Under the pieces are notes generated by a model, which saw nothing but the letters and a program-made list of their open reading frames with translations, made no database searches and was not told the DNA's origin. Shown one piece after another: positions 1-11,789 of a stretch of 64,000 bases of DNA. Position 1 is the first letter of the stretch; each line of letters starts with the position of its first letter. The position numbers and the translations under genes were made by a program. The DNA is taken from the NCBI GenBank assembly GCA_030390025.1, contig CM059426.1:5394001-5458000 (forward strand), written 5' to 3'. The DNA is from Squalus acanthias (Eukaryota).

Positions 1-600
1 TTTCCCAGATGCCCACTGAAATTCAACACAATGGTACACAACTATGATGTCCTGTTCGACCTCGACCTGAGCTTCAAATCAAGATTTTTACTTCCACCTC
101 AGAAACATGATCTCCTATTCCATTCTTCACCCTCAACTACCACAGAAATCCTCAGCCACGTCTTTGTTACTTCTAGACTCAATTTTTGCAATGTCCTCCT
201 TGCTGGCCTCTCAAGCTCACAGAGAACAATGTTGCCAGCATTCTATCCTGCACAAAGTCCCACTCACCTATCAACCCCGATCCTAACTGGCCTCCACTGG
301 CTCCCCATCTCATACATTGTTTTTAAAATCCTTATGCTGGTCTTCGAATCCCTCCATGGCTTGGCTCCTTCCTATTTCGGCAACTTCCTCCAGCCCTACA
401 TCCTTGCCTGCGCCCTCCATTCTTCCAACTCTTGTTTATTGTGCATTCATCCTTCCCTCCATTCTAGCATTGGTGGCAAGGCCTTCACCCACCACGCCCT
501 GCGCTCTAGAATTACATCCCTCCCCATCTTTAAAAGCCTCCATAAGAGCCACTTTTACATTGTTCAGCACTCACCAGCTTTTCACCTGGGTCTCCTGTAG
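1..600 (+). mobile_element. L2-clade LINE, decayed 3' ORF2 fragment
   Basis: HVFVTSRLNFCNVLLAGL...TPILTGLHWLPI...FKILMLVF...GLAPSY is the typical L2 RT C-terminus. Confidence 0.85.
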
Positions 601-1063
601 CCAGCAGCCGCATTTTGTTAGACTGGTGGGCAGGAAGACCCAATTTCTCCTGGATCTTAGTACCTGCATCTACTGCACCTAGTAAAAGTGCTGCCCGATC
701 TTTGCACACCCCTCTTTGATGATTTCACCTCATCATGTAAATACCCCCCCCAATCCTACAGAAATTGTCTGTGCCAGGACATCACTCATTGATGTCATGA
801 CGTCATTATGTTGCACGTGCCGTGGCCAATTTGTCACAGCCACTTTGCATATGTGCTTTGCCTTTGTCGCAGAGAGTCCGATGGCACAATTTGAAAGTAA
901 ATTCGGGAGAGTGGCATTCTTCAGCTGCTCCAATATACAATATAAAAGGCCCTAAAACCCATCTCTTTCAGGATGTACTGTGGTGTGTAAGTAATGTGAA
1001 TAGTAAGCAACAGACATTAACATTTCAAAAGCTTCCATGGTGGCTCAGCTGGTTAAGGATGTT

Positions 1064-2245
1064 TAAACAAGGATGTTATGCTAAACCTTTATAAAACACT
1101 GGTTCGGCCCCAGCTGGAGTATTGTTGGCAATTCTGGCCACCACACTTTAGGAAGGATGTCAAGACTTTAAAGAGGGTGCAGAGGAGATTTACTAGAATG
1201 GTACCAGGGATGAAAGACTTCAGTTACGTGGAGAGACTAGAGAAACTGGGGTTGTTCTGCTTAAAGTAGAGAAGGGTAAATGGAGATTTAATAGGCGCTT
1301 AAAATCTTGAAAGGTCAGGAGACCAAACGCAGATTGGGTGACCGCTTTGCGGAACACCTCCGTTCAGTCCGGAAGGGTAACCCCGAGCTTCCGGTCGCTT
1401 GTCATTTTAATTCACCCCTCCACGCTCACTCAGACCTCACCGTCCTCGGCCTCTTGCATTGTTCCACGGAAGCGCAGCGTAAGCTCCAGGAACAGCACCT
1501 CATCTTCCGTTTAGGCACTTTACAGCCTTCCGGACTCAATATCGAGTTCAACAATTTCAGATCATAACCCCGGCCCCTACCACATATGTATACATTTTAT
1601 CCACTCTTTTGGTCCGTGCCTTTTTCCTTTTTTTCTCTCTCTCCCCCCACGGCAGCTGTCTCTGATTCTGCCAGCATTTCACACCTTACCTTTTGTTTCT
1701 CAACCTGTCCCATTACCATCTCGTCTTGCCTTGAGCATCTCTTAATGTCTCTACTCACTAAAGACCATCCCTTTTGTTCTTTTATTCCTCCCCCCAGCCT
1801 TCCCCTTGCATTTTTATCTGTTTATTTCTTGCTCTCTCAGTTCCGACGAAGGGTTTCGACCTGAAACATTAACTCTCTTTCTCTCTCCATGGATGTTGCC
1901 TGGCCTGCTGAGTTTTTCCAGCGTTTTCTGTTGTTATTTCTGATTTCCAGCATCCGCAGTATTTTGCTATCGTATAGATGTAAGGCAATTGGCAAAAGAA
2001 CCAAAAGTGACATGTGGAAAAAAAATTACGCAGGGAGTTGAATGCACTGCCTGAAAGGGTGGTAGAAGCAGATTCAAAGATAACTTTCAAAAGGGAATTG
2101 GATAAATACTTGAAAAGGAAAAATTTGCAGGGCTATGGGGAAAGAGATGGGGGAGTGGGACTAGTTGGATAGCTTTTTCAAAGAGCCTGCACAGGCACGA
2201 TGGGCCGAATGGCCTCCTTCTGTGCTGTATCATTCTATGATTCTA
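1064..2245 (+). mobile_element. CR1 LINE 3' fragment split by a Penelope insertion
   Basis: LYKTLVRPQLEYC...RVQRRFTRMVPG at 1078-1300. The CR1 resumes at ~1975 and ends in a (TTCTATGA)n tail at ~2245. Confidence 0.88.
1315..1970 (+). mobile_element. Penelope-like element 3' fragment (GIY-YIG endonuclease end + terminal repeat)
   Basis: ETKRRLGDRFAEHLRSV...PVACHFN...EQHLIFRLGTLQPSGLNIEF. The downstream terminal sequence is shared with the copy at 35938-37000. Confidence 0.9.
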
Positions 2246-2449
2246 TGGCACTTTTACATCAGCACTGGTTTAGTTTGGATTGTAGGAGAGCAGCTCTCAG
2301 TGTTTACATTGCTAAACCCAGGAGGTAGAATCATAGACCAACATTTTCAACAATCCAAATCAAAAAACAGAGAGAGACGGGGAGCAAAGAGACAGGGAGC
2401 AAAGAACGCAAAAGGGGCAGAGATACAGAGGGAGAATTACATTGAAATT

Positions 2450-3290
2450 ACAACATAGATATAGGTCATTTGGCCCAAGCAGTTGGTGTTGGTGTTCCTC
2501 CTCCACACAAGCAGTATATCTAATCCCATGTGTCCGCTAGGGTTACCAACTCTGGTTAGATGTATTCCTGGAGGTTTCCCCTTTCCTTCAACCCCCTATC
2601 CAACCTATTTTTAAATGTTGACAAGGTCTCTGCTTCACTAACTCTGGTAGTCCATTCCACAGTCTCACAACCCTCTGTGTCAAACAGTTTCCCTGCTCTC
2701 TGTCCTACATATCTTGCCTTTATCTTGTATCCAGGTCCACTAGTTATAGGCTCCTCACCTCTAGAAACAGTCCTTTTCTATCTACTCTGTCCTATCCTTT
2801 TATAATGTTAAAAACCTCCATCAAATCACCCCATAAACTCCCATTAACAAAAGCAGTCCCAATTTTTAAAGTCTTTCTTTGTAACTGTATTTCCTCATAA
2901 CAGGCAGTATCCGAGTGAATCAGCAGTGTAGTCTTTCTATTGCCTCAACATCCTTCCTATAGTGTGGAGCCCAAAACTCTACAATGTTCCTCCAGCTGTG
3001 GTCTGACTAAGGTTTTAAATTGATTCACCATTCCATCTCAACTTTTATATTCTGTACCACTTGCTATAAAACCCAGTATTCCATTAACTTTTTATGGCCT
3101 TATCCACTTGAAGTTCTGCTCTTAAGGTCTTGTGAAACTGAACCCCCAAATCTGGCTGCTTTTCCACATCACCCAGCCTTCTCCCATCCAAAGTATAATT
3201 GTTACTTTTATATCTTTTAACCAAAATGTACCACCTCACATTTACTGGCATTGAATTCAATCTACTACGTTTTTGTCTAATCATTGCAGC
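2450..3290 (-). mobile_element. Old degraded CR1 fragment
   Basis: Remnant motifs (LGDVEKQPDLGV, QVDKAIK) and CR1 3'-like sequence. Confidence 0.7.
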
Positions 3291-3513
3291 TCCCTTGTTC
3301 CAGCAATAGACTCATAGACCATAGACTTTTGTTGGTCTACGATAAGGGAGCCAAATTTTAGCACTGTACACACTGGGAGCCAGCACATGAACACGAGTCT
3401 CCCGGAATCCAAACTAAAACAGCTCTCACGTGCAGTTCAAAGTAACATTAGCGGAAGACTGGGATCAGTTCGCCAGCTTCTCATTCACAGCTTAGAAAAG
3501 ATTAAATACTTAC

Positions 3514-3548
3514 GTTGCTTAAAGACATCAAACGCTCTCTTCAATGTA
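3514..3548 (-). CDS. PSTPIP2: PSTPIP2 coding exon 4 (TLKRAFDVFKQ)
   Basis: Long pyrimidine tract then ctctag|T ACA TTG AAG AGA GCG TTT GAT GTC TTT AAG CAA C|gtaagt, 35 nt. Matches human TLKRALEVFKQ. No later exon found in the window. Confidence 0.93.
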
Positions 3549-3716
3549 CTAGAGTCGGAAAAAAAAGAGAAGACTGAGGTGAACAGCTTGAACTATAAGA
3601 TATGGTGGGTGCAGCTGCAGTGATCGACAGTCACTGACAATGCATGATCAAAGCCGGGTGCTGACAAACTTCAAATGTTCTTTCACCTGTAGGATGTGAT
3701 CATCCAATTAATTAGG

Positions 3717-4765
3717 TTTTTTTTTATTCGTTTCATGGGATGTGGGCGTCGCTGGCATGGCCAGCATTTATTGCCCATCCCTAATTGCCCTTGAGAAAGA
3801 GGTGGTGAGCCGCCTTCTTGAACCGCTGCAGTCCGTGTGGTGATGGTACTCCCACAGTGCTGTTAGGTAGGGAGTTCCAGGATTTTGACCCAGCAACGAT
3901 GAAGGAACGGAGATATACTTCTAAGTCAGGATGGTGTGTGACTTGGAGGGGAACTTGGAGGTGGTGGTGTTCCCATGCGCCTGCTGCCCTTGTCCTTCTA
4001 GGTGGTAGAGGTTGCGGGTTTGGGAGTTGCTGCAGTGCATCTTGTAGATGGTACACACTGCAGCCAGGGTACGCTGGTGGTGGAGGGAGTGAATGTTTAA
4101 GGTGGTGGATGGGGTGCCAATCAAACGGGCTGCTTTGTCCTGGATGGTGTCGAGCTTCTTGAGTGTTGTTGGAGCTGCACTCATCCAGGCAAGTGGAGAG
4201 TATTCCATCACACTCCTTACTTGTGCCTTGTAGTATGGTCTCCTCACCTCTAGAGGCTTTGGGGAGTGATGAGGTGAGACACTCGCCGCAGAATACCCAG
4301 CCTTGACCTGCTCTTGTAGCCACAGTATTTATGTGGCTGGTCCAGTTAAGTTTCTGGTCAATGGTGACCCCCAGGATGTTGATGGTGGGGGATTCGGCGA
4401 TGGTAATGCCGTTGAATGTCAATGGGCAGTGGTTAGACTCTCGCTTGTTGGAGATAGTCATTGCCTGGCACTTCTGTGGTGCGAATGTTACCTGCCACTT
4501 ATCAGCCCAAGCCTGAACGTCGTCCAGGTCGTGTTGCATGTGTGCATGGACTGCTTCATTATCTGAGGAGTTGTGAATGGCACTGAACACTGTGCAGTCA
4601 TCAGCGAACATCCCCATTTCTGACCTTATGTTGGAGGGAAGGTCATTGATAAAGCAGCTGAAGATGGCTGGGCCTAGGACAATGCCCTGAGGAACTCCTG
4701 CAGTGATGTCCTGGGGCTGTGATGATCGACCTTCAACCACCACAACCATCTTCCTTTGTGCTAGG
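3717..4765 (-). mobile_element. LINE RT 3' fragment, second family (CR1/L2-group, poly(A)-tailed)
   Basis: GVPQGIVLGP, FINDLP, MFADDC, YKAQVRSVMEY, with an AATAAA-containing 3' end and A tail. Pieces of the same family lie at ~15350-15435, 21800-22100, 43822-43995, 47795-47825 and 61300-61520. Confidence 0.88.
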
Positions 4766-5190
4766 TTAATTCCCTTTATAGGAGTGAGGGCTATAACTGG
4801 TTGTGTCCCACATCAGGAGTGACCTGGAAGTGCTACATGCCCTTTTTCATACACATTGGATGTATACTTCCAGATAGTATTTTGTTCTTTGGATTCATTG
4901 CCCATTCATTAGTTGCCCCGAGAAAGTGGTACAGTAGTAGGGACCACTTCAGAGGGTATTAAGAGGCAACCAAATATTATGGGGTTGGGTCCCATGTAGG
5001 CCAGTCCAGACAGGGACTATCCCTTCCACTGCCAACATCTCCCATCACAATGAAGAAACAAGGAATGAGCTACTTCCAATCCAAGTGCTCATTGTTGACA
5101 TTGGGTTCAGACAGGGTTCTAATCCCTGTCGCAATATTCTATAACTTTAAGCAGAAAAATTCACCTCAAAAACATACTTATAGAACTTAC

Positions 5191-5265
5191 TTCAGTTCAT
5201 TTTGCCCGCACACTTTCTTTGACAACGACACCAACTCCTTCCCATACTTCTCCTCGATGGAAGCC
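5191..5265 (-). CDS. PSTPIP2: PSTPIP2 coding exon 3 (ASIEEKYGKELVSLSKKVCGQNELN)
   Basis: gaactag|G GCT TCC ATC GAG...CTG AA|gtaagt, 75 nt, phase 2/2 and compatible with exons 2 and 4. Contains the F-BAR RAxIEExYGK motif. Confidence 0.95.
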
Positions 5266-6034
5266 CTAGTTCACAGAAATGCAATATCATTATTTTTCTC
5301 AGTAAAGAACACTCTGCCTCCCATCTGGACAGTGGTAACACTTAGTCAGCAGTAACACTAGACAAGCAGCTTCCCCTTTCAACTTGACACTAAACCAGCA
5401 ACACATGGAACTCTGGTTTAATGTTTCACCCGAAGGATGGCACCTCCAACAATGCAGCACTCCGAGTACTGCACTGGATTCTCAGTTTGGATCATGTGCT
5501 CAGGGCCTCGAGTGGTACTTGACCTCTCAGCGTTCTGACTTAGAGGTAAGAGTGCTAGCATACATGAAGGATGGCCAAATAGGCAGGATACAGGAGGCCT
5601 GCCAATGACCGCGGAACCATACTCCAGCACGATTTATCACCTTCTGGAGCAGAGGGGAAAACAAGAGAAAATTAATTTAAAATTCAATGAACGTTAAAAA
5701 AAAATAAAACAATATAAATTTAAAAGCAGGCAGTTTGACAAGAGAAAGTTGAGAGACATTCTTACGAACGGAACCTGCAAATCAGATTGGAGGTTGAGCA
5801 CTCCTGTCTTATTGAAGAGGCAGTAAAATAACTTTCAGACTGTATGGCTGTTTAATGCTGGCCTGCTTTGGGTCTACTTTTTTTGGATTACAATAGTGGT
5901 ACTCATCATACTGCCTTCATCAGACATGCTGTTCAATATGTTGTTAGGGCTAAAATATTGTTCCCTCGCCTCCTCTTGTGGTCCAGTGAGAGAAAGCAAG
6001 GGGTTGCTATTAGCAGGTGGAACTAGCCCTGCTT

Positions 6035-6365
6035 CCAACAACAACAACAACTTGTATTTATATCGTGCCTTAAACGTAGTAAAACACCCCAAGGTGCTTC
6101 ACAGGAGCGCTAACAAACAAAATTTTGACTCCGAGCCACATAAGGAGATATCAGGACAGGTGACCAAAAGCTTGGTCAAAGAGCTAGGTTTTAAGGAGCG
6201 TCTTAAAGAAGGAAAGAGTGGTCGAGAGGCGGAGAGGTTTAGGGAGGGAATTCCAGAGCTTAGGGCCTTGGCAGCTGAAGGCACGGCCATCAATGGTGGA
6301 GCGATTAAAATCGGGGATGCTCAAGAGGCCAGAATTAGAGGAGCGCAGAGATCTCGGAGGAGATT
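6035..6365 (-). mobile_element. L2 LINE 3' end
   Basis: Ends in ...ATATAAATACAAG(TTG)n on the minus strand. Homologous to 18155-18615, 16890-17190 and 56145-56450. Confidence 0.8.
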
Positions 6366-7769
6366 ACATACTGCAAATGAAAAGGTAACTCCACACTTTT
6401 AACACAATCGAAATCAAGAGCCCAAAACATGAGGTGTCGCAGGCACAGACCCATATCCTGATCACTCCTTGGTTGTTGGAACATTCCAGCCTTCAAGCAA
6501 ACCACTGTTTGGTATTATGGTCCTTTTTGCAAATTTGGTTACACTTAATACAGTTTTGCATTGGAAAATAGGCCTAACCCTGGATGTGCATTACATTATT
6601 TTATTGGTAACTTTCGTTTTCATTTATGCAAGTACGTTACATGTGAAACATTATATAGTTAACAATGTGCTTCAAATTTTGAGTTTGGGATTAGACTGCT
6701 AGACTAACAAGCCATTCACTGTATTTTTCCACTTTTAACGGCAATTGTTTATAACATGCAGTCTGTGTAATGTCTGTAGACAATATTTGCATATATACAC
6801 AAATGTGGGCTTTTAAAACAAAAGCCATTAGTGAATATTATATGAAACGCTTACACGGGACTGGAAATCTTGGCATTAAATTACAGTAAATAACACCAGG
6901 CAAAACAGATGAAAATTCTACGGATGCTTTCCTGATTATGGGGCTTGAGTGCAGGGGCGGAAGGGATACCACTGAATTGGTTACAACGATTGCAATACAA
7001 CACACCACAAAAATTAAAACCAATGACACCTGCAGCTTTCTAACAAAAGGAGAATTGTCCAATGTCAAAGCCTGCGTGACTTTCAGTTGCGTGTTCGACA
7101 GATCTGCTAACTATGTGGGTTTTCATTTCAGTCAGTACTTAGATTCCCCCACCCTGCACCAGTCAGAAAGCGACTCCACGGTTCCCCCTCAAAGTGTTTC
7201 GCCATCTCCTTCAGCCCAGTGTAATCACGATACTGCAGCAAGGACAGAAAAATGTAACAACCTTATTCCTCTTCTGCATTCGCTGCAGACTTAGTTTCAC
7301 TCTATTCTGATTTCTAACTACACTTTAATTCCACCCACCCCCCGCTCATCTGAATGGCCACACAGTCCCTAAAACCAGACAGTTTGCTGATGCTGCTCAG
7401 TCAACTCTTGTCTCGCACATTTATGGGCAGCCTGCAAGCAGGAGTTTTGAGCAGAGTTTGCCCCGCTGTCACATGATGGGACTATGTTCTAATAACATGA
7501 ATACTTTGCAACTGAGCCATGCTCTGCCCAAACTGGGAGCACTTAATGGGCGGTTTTAGAGGCAGCTTTAATCTTCATCTGACCTGTGCTGAACCTGGCA
7601 CAAGAACCCTTGATGGGAGCTTTACTGTTGTATATAACATGTTGTATCTGACATGAGAATACCAATGGGAGTGTGTACAGGGTGCTTGATTCTTCATCTA
7701 AACCCTTCTATACCTCATCTGGGGTGCTTGATGGTAGGTCTGGGGAAAATAGTAGAAAGATGTCAGACT

Positions 7770-8620
7770 ACCTACAACTGTCGAATTTGCTCATACCCTT
7801 TTAAATTTTTCTTTTTCAAATATTTATCCACTTCCTTTTTAAACGCTAATATGGACTACGGTTCCACCAACCTATTTCTGATAGGGCACTTCATGTCACA
7901 ACAATCCTCTCCCCAAAGCTCTCCCTTTACTCTTCTGATAATGTTGATGATCTTAAGTTTCTGTCCTCAAGCTACCGACTCACTGACCAGTGTAATTCAG
8001 TTTTTTCCCCCAATTAACTTTATCAAAACCTCTCAATTTCGTACACCTCTATAAAGATCTCCGCTTAATCTTCCTTTGCTCCAGTGAAAAGAAAACCAGT
8101 TCCTCCAGTCATAAGCAAACCTGTTCATCCCTGCTGTCATCTTGCTAAATCTCTATCGCACCCTCTTCATGGCCTTGGAATCCTTCCTAAAGTAAGGCAC
8201 CCAAAACTGTACACAATATTGCAACTGCAGCCTAGTCAATGATATGTATAGGTTTATATGGGGTCGGCCATTTAGGACTGAGATGAGGAGAAATTTCTTC
8301 GCTTGGAGGGTTGTGAATCTTTGGAATTCTCTACCCCAGAGAGCTGTGGATGCTTAGTCATTGAGTATATTTAAGAAAGATCGATACAATTTTGGATATT
8401 AAGGGAATCAAGGGATATGGGGATAGTGCAAGAAGGTGGAGTTGAGGTCGAAGATCAGCCATGATCTTATTGAATCGTGGAGCAGATTCGAAGGACCTTC
8501 TCCTGCTCCTATTTCTTATGTTCTTATGTTTAGCACTACCTCTTTACTTTTGTATTCTATGCTCCTATTTATAAAACCTAGGATCCCATACATGGTGTCA
8601 GCTTTATCAACTGTCCTCCC
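7770..8620. mobile_element. Degraded CR1 (minus) with a nested CR1 3' end (plus, ~8258-8530)
   Basis: RTEMRRNFF-type CR1 3' sequence with a TTCTTATG tail, lying inside an older antisense CR1. Confidence 0.75.
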
Positions 8621-9207
8621 ACCTCAGGAAACAGCAGAGAGATTCAGCTGAATGACATCATCACTGGTAAGGATAACCAACAGTCTCTCCAGATCTTGAA
8701 ACTGAGTGCCAAGGTTGTCTGAAATAGAGCACAGCTTAACCACAACCTACTCTGTCAGAGGTGGTGCAGGCCCTTGACTGATAAAAACATATTCGAATAG
8801 AGTAGCGGTGTGATTTGTAAATAATAACTAGCTAGCTAGATAGATAATATGCATTTAATGGACAAAAAGATCCTTTCCCTGTGTGAAAAAATCAATAAAA
8901 AATTCTAGCAATGTCAGGAGAAGGAAATAATAACGGAGTGGCTCAAAATGGGGGCCTTGGGTACAGTGAGTGAGAAGAGCAACTGGCCAGGATAGCTTCT
9001 ATGTGGAGACAAAGGTTTAGAGGGTCTGGGTGATTTTTTTTAAAACCCCATACCACGGCTTTCTATTTAATTGTATTGAACGAATGAGAAGCAGAAAATC
9101 CACCAGGAAGGCCAAATCACCTTCAGGGCTCCCTTTTAAAAACTGAACAGTTTAAAAAAAATTGTTAACTCAAAAAGTCTCTTGTTTCTGTCTATATTTT
9201 TGATTTT

Positions 9208-9520
9208 AAGAACATACAAAATAGGAGCAGGAGTAGGCCATTTGGCCCTTCGAGCCTGCTCTGCCATTCAATAAGATCATGGCTGATCTTCTACCTCAAC
9301 TCCACTTTCCCGCACTATCCCCATATCCCTTAATTCCCTTAATTCCCAAAAATCTATCGACCTCTGTCTTGAATATACTCAACGACTGAGCATCCACAGC
9401 TCTCTGGAGTAGAGAATTCCAAAGATTCACAACCCTTTGAGTGAAGAAATTTCTCCTCATCTCAGTCCTAAATGGCCAACCCCTTATTCTGAGACTGTGA
9501 CCCCTGGTTCTAGATTCCCC
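9208..9520 (-). mobile_element. CR1 3' end abutting the 5' side of the env region
   Basis: GESRTRGHSLRIRGWPFRTEMRRNFFTQRVVNLWNSL...GYG plus the CR1 3'UTR. Confidence 0.92.
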
Positions 9521-9704
9521 AGAATTCTGGAGGATATGATTACTTCTCTGATGAAACAAACAGAATCTGCAAGAAAACAATGTGCTTCCCTATTGAAAGA
9601 ACCTCTGTCAATATATCAGGGCCGCTTTTGTACACACTCAGCAACCTGGAATAGCCATTGGCAATCAGCCCTGTCTGGGTAATGTTCATTCGTCAGCAGA
9701 TGCT

Positions 9705-11339
9705 ATGGCTGCTAAGGGACCCGGGAATGGTTTGGTACTGGTCCCTACAGACCAGCTACTATTTCAGGGGGTACATTATGCGGTGGCCTCGGTGATTTTA
9801 AACCTCACCGAGGTGCGGTTACCAAAGTGGTGCCCCAAAGAGACGGAACAGTTATATCAGGTCCTGTTGACCAAGATGTTTAGGCAATTTTATGAGTTCG
9901 ATTTCACGGAAATTGATAAAACAAGTTTGTACACCGCACCACATGAAGTTTTGGGCCAGGTGGGGAGGCAAAGAAGGGGTGTTGTGAACGACATGTTCAC
10001 TGCGTTTAATACAGGGACATCTGTGGTCAACACTCTAGATAACGTGGAGTTGCAGACCCAGATTAATGGTTTAAAAACCCAATTAAAGAATATCCTCACA
10101 GACGAAAATAAGGTGGTTGGGTCTGGGTTACATGAGGACCAGGCCATGACTCTCCATTTAAAAGAAATAATAGCGGAGCTGGAGAACCATGAGCGTACGG
10201 TAAATGCCCTGATCAGGGAAGATCGGAATGCGTCCGATCAGGCTGCGCAGAATGAGGTGTGCGTGCTTTACGGGGCGTGGTTACTGGGCGAGGGCCGCAG
10301 TAATCTGGAGGATTTAAAACAAGGTTTGGTCCCGTCCTGGATAAGTAACAAACACCTGCAGGCGCTCCACCCTTTTCAGAATGCATTAAGTCCGTGCCAG
10401 CTCAGGCTAGCTTCAGAAGCATACCCAGTCCCCGTGGACTGCGGACGATCAAACCACACCATTATGGGTGTAGTTTTACGTATGCTGGTTTTGGGCGACA
10501 CAGCAAAGCCCGCCCCGGTATATCGGGTAGAGAACATTGGTGTCATTCAGGGGGGAGCCCACATTCGCTATGCAACGGTTCCACCTTACGTCATCCGCTG
10601 GGAGCAAACGATGACAGGTACAGATCTCTCTGGTTGTCGTGGCATGGGAGCACACATAATCCTGTGTCCCCAGCACTTGAATGCCTTTTTATTACCACAG
10701 TGCGGGTTCAGAACGGCTGGCGCCAAGCCCATGAATTGCACCATGGAGGCAATGGCACAAGATCATGTGCCTCCGCAGGTAGCATACATCGGGGGTGGAA
10801 CATATTGTGTTACCACTGCAGCGCAACACTACCAGCATGGAAACCGTAGCCGGTGTCCGGTGAGTGACAGCAGTTTCTGTTTTTAACCCAGGGCTCAAGT
10901 TCAAGTGGCACAGCAGCGAATTGTCCCGATCCCTGAACCATCCACTGTTCATCTAACTGTAAAGGAGAATTTTACCGACTTGCAGCGATTTGTCGCGCAT
11001 TTCGGGTACCTCATTCCCCCTCTCCCTGAACACCTCACCAAACTTTTGAAGGCCGTTGCGGTTTCGCAAAAGCATTATTATACCCTTGAGCAGAAAACTG
11101 TCGAGATAGGGTCAGAGATTTTAGACATAGTAATCCCACCGTGGTGGGATCTGTTCACAAACATTCAAGTGCCGTCCTGGATCAGAATAGCCTCCCACAT
11201 TTTAGTTGTATGCCAAGTGTTTATTGTGATATACTTATTGGTCGTGCATTGTAAGAGAGGCAAACGCCTCACCAAGAACGAAAACACGGGAGAGTGGCGA
11301 GAGCGTTACGTGCGCGTGCACGAAGAAAGCGCTGCGTAA
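9705..11339 (+). pseudogene. env: Endogenous retrovirus-like envelope (class I fusion glycoprotein, foamy/loki/F-like), single premature stop
   Basis: ORFs 9705-10886 and 10905-11339 share a frame and are separated only by TAA at 10884-10886. Features: furin site RQRR (9966-9977), heptad-repeat region, Cys-rich domain, N-glycosylation sequons (NLT, NAS, NHT, NCT, NRS, NFT), Trp-rich membrane-proximal PPWWDLF, hydrophobic TM (IRIASHILVVCQVFIVIYLLVVHC) and a short charged tail. It is followed by a PPT and LTR. Confidence 0.88.
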
Positions 11340-11789
11340 ACGGCCAAAGTGGCGCCACTCCAGTTTTTCCACGTGTGCCTCGAAATTGTCGTAATTGATT
11401 GTTATTTTTCTTAGAACCTGTAACTAAGTTTGGAACTCTGTATGTTTAAGAGCTGTTGTTTTGATTATTTTGATTTTGTGTTGTTAATATGATTGTTTGG
11501 TTGTTTTTGTTTTCTTTTTCTTCCTTGAATAAAAATATGCATATACAGGTGGTGCGAGAGGCATCGGCCTGGTTACACCTGGAAGGAAATACAAGCGGTG
11601 TAAGTTAAAGGCAAATGCTGCCTACGGTTTTATAAAAATGTAATTTTTCCTGGGAAATAAGGACGACACGGAGACCCTAGATAGTTTTAAGTCATGGGAA
11701 TATTTGGATATGGAGAATCGAGATAATATTGCTCACCACCACTTTTAATTGATACGATAAGCGGAGTTATTCGCATCAACAGGAGGGAC

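Noticed and set aside
683-925. Weak inverted termini suggesting an ancient MITE
   Set aside because: Too degenerate, and no TSD.
3514-3686. Longer 173-nt version of exon 4 using the AG at 3687-3688
   Set aside because: It contains stops. The proximal acceptor at 3549-3550 has a strong pyrimidine tract and gives the conserved 35-nt exon.
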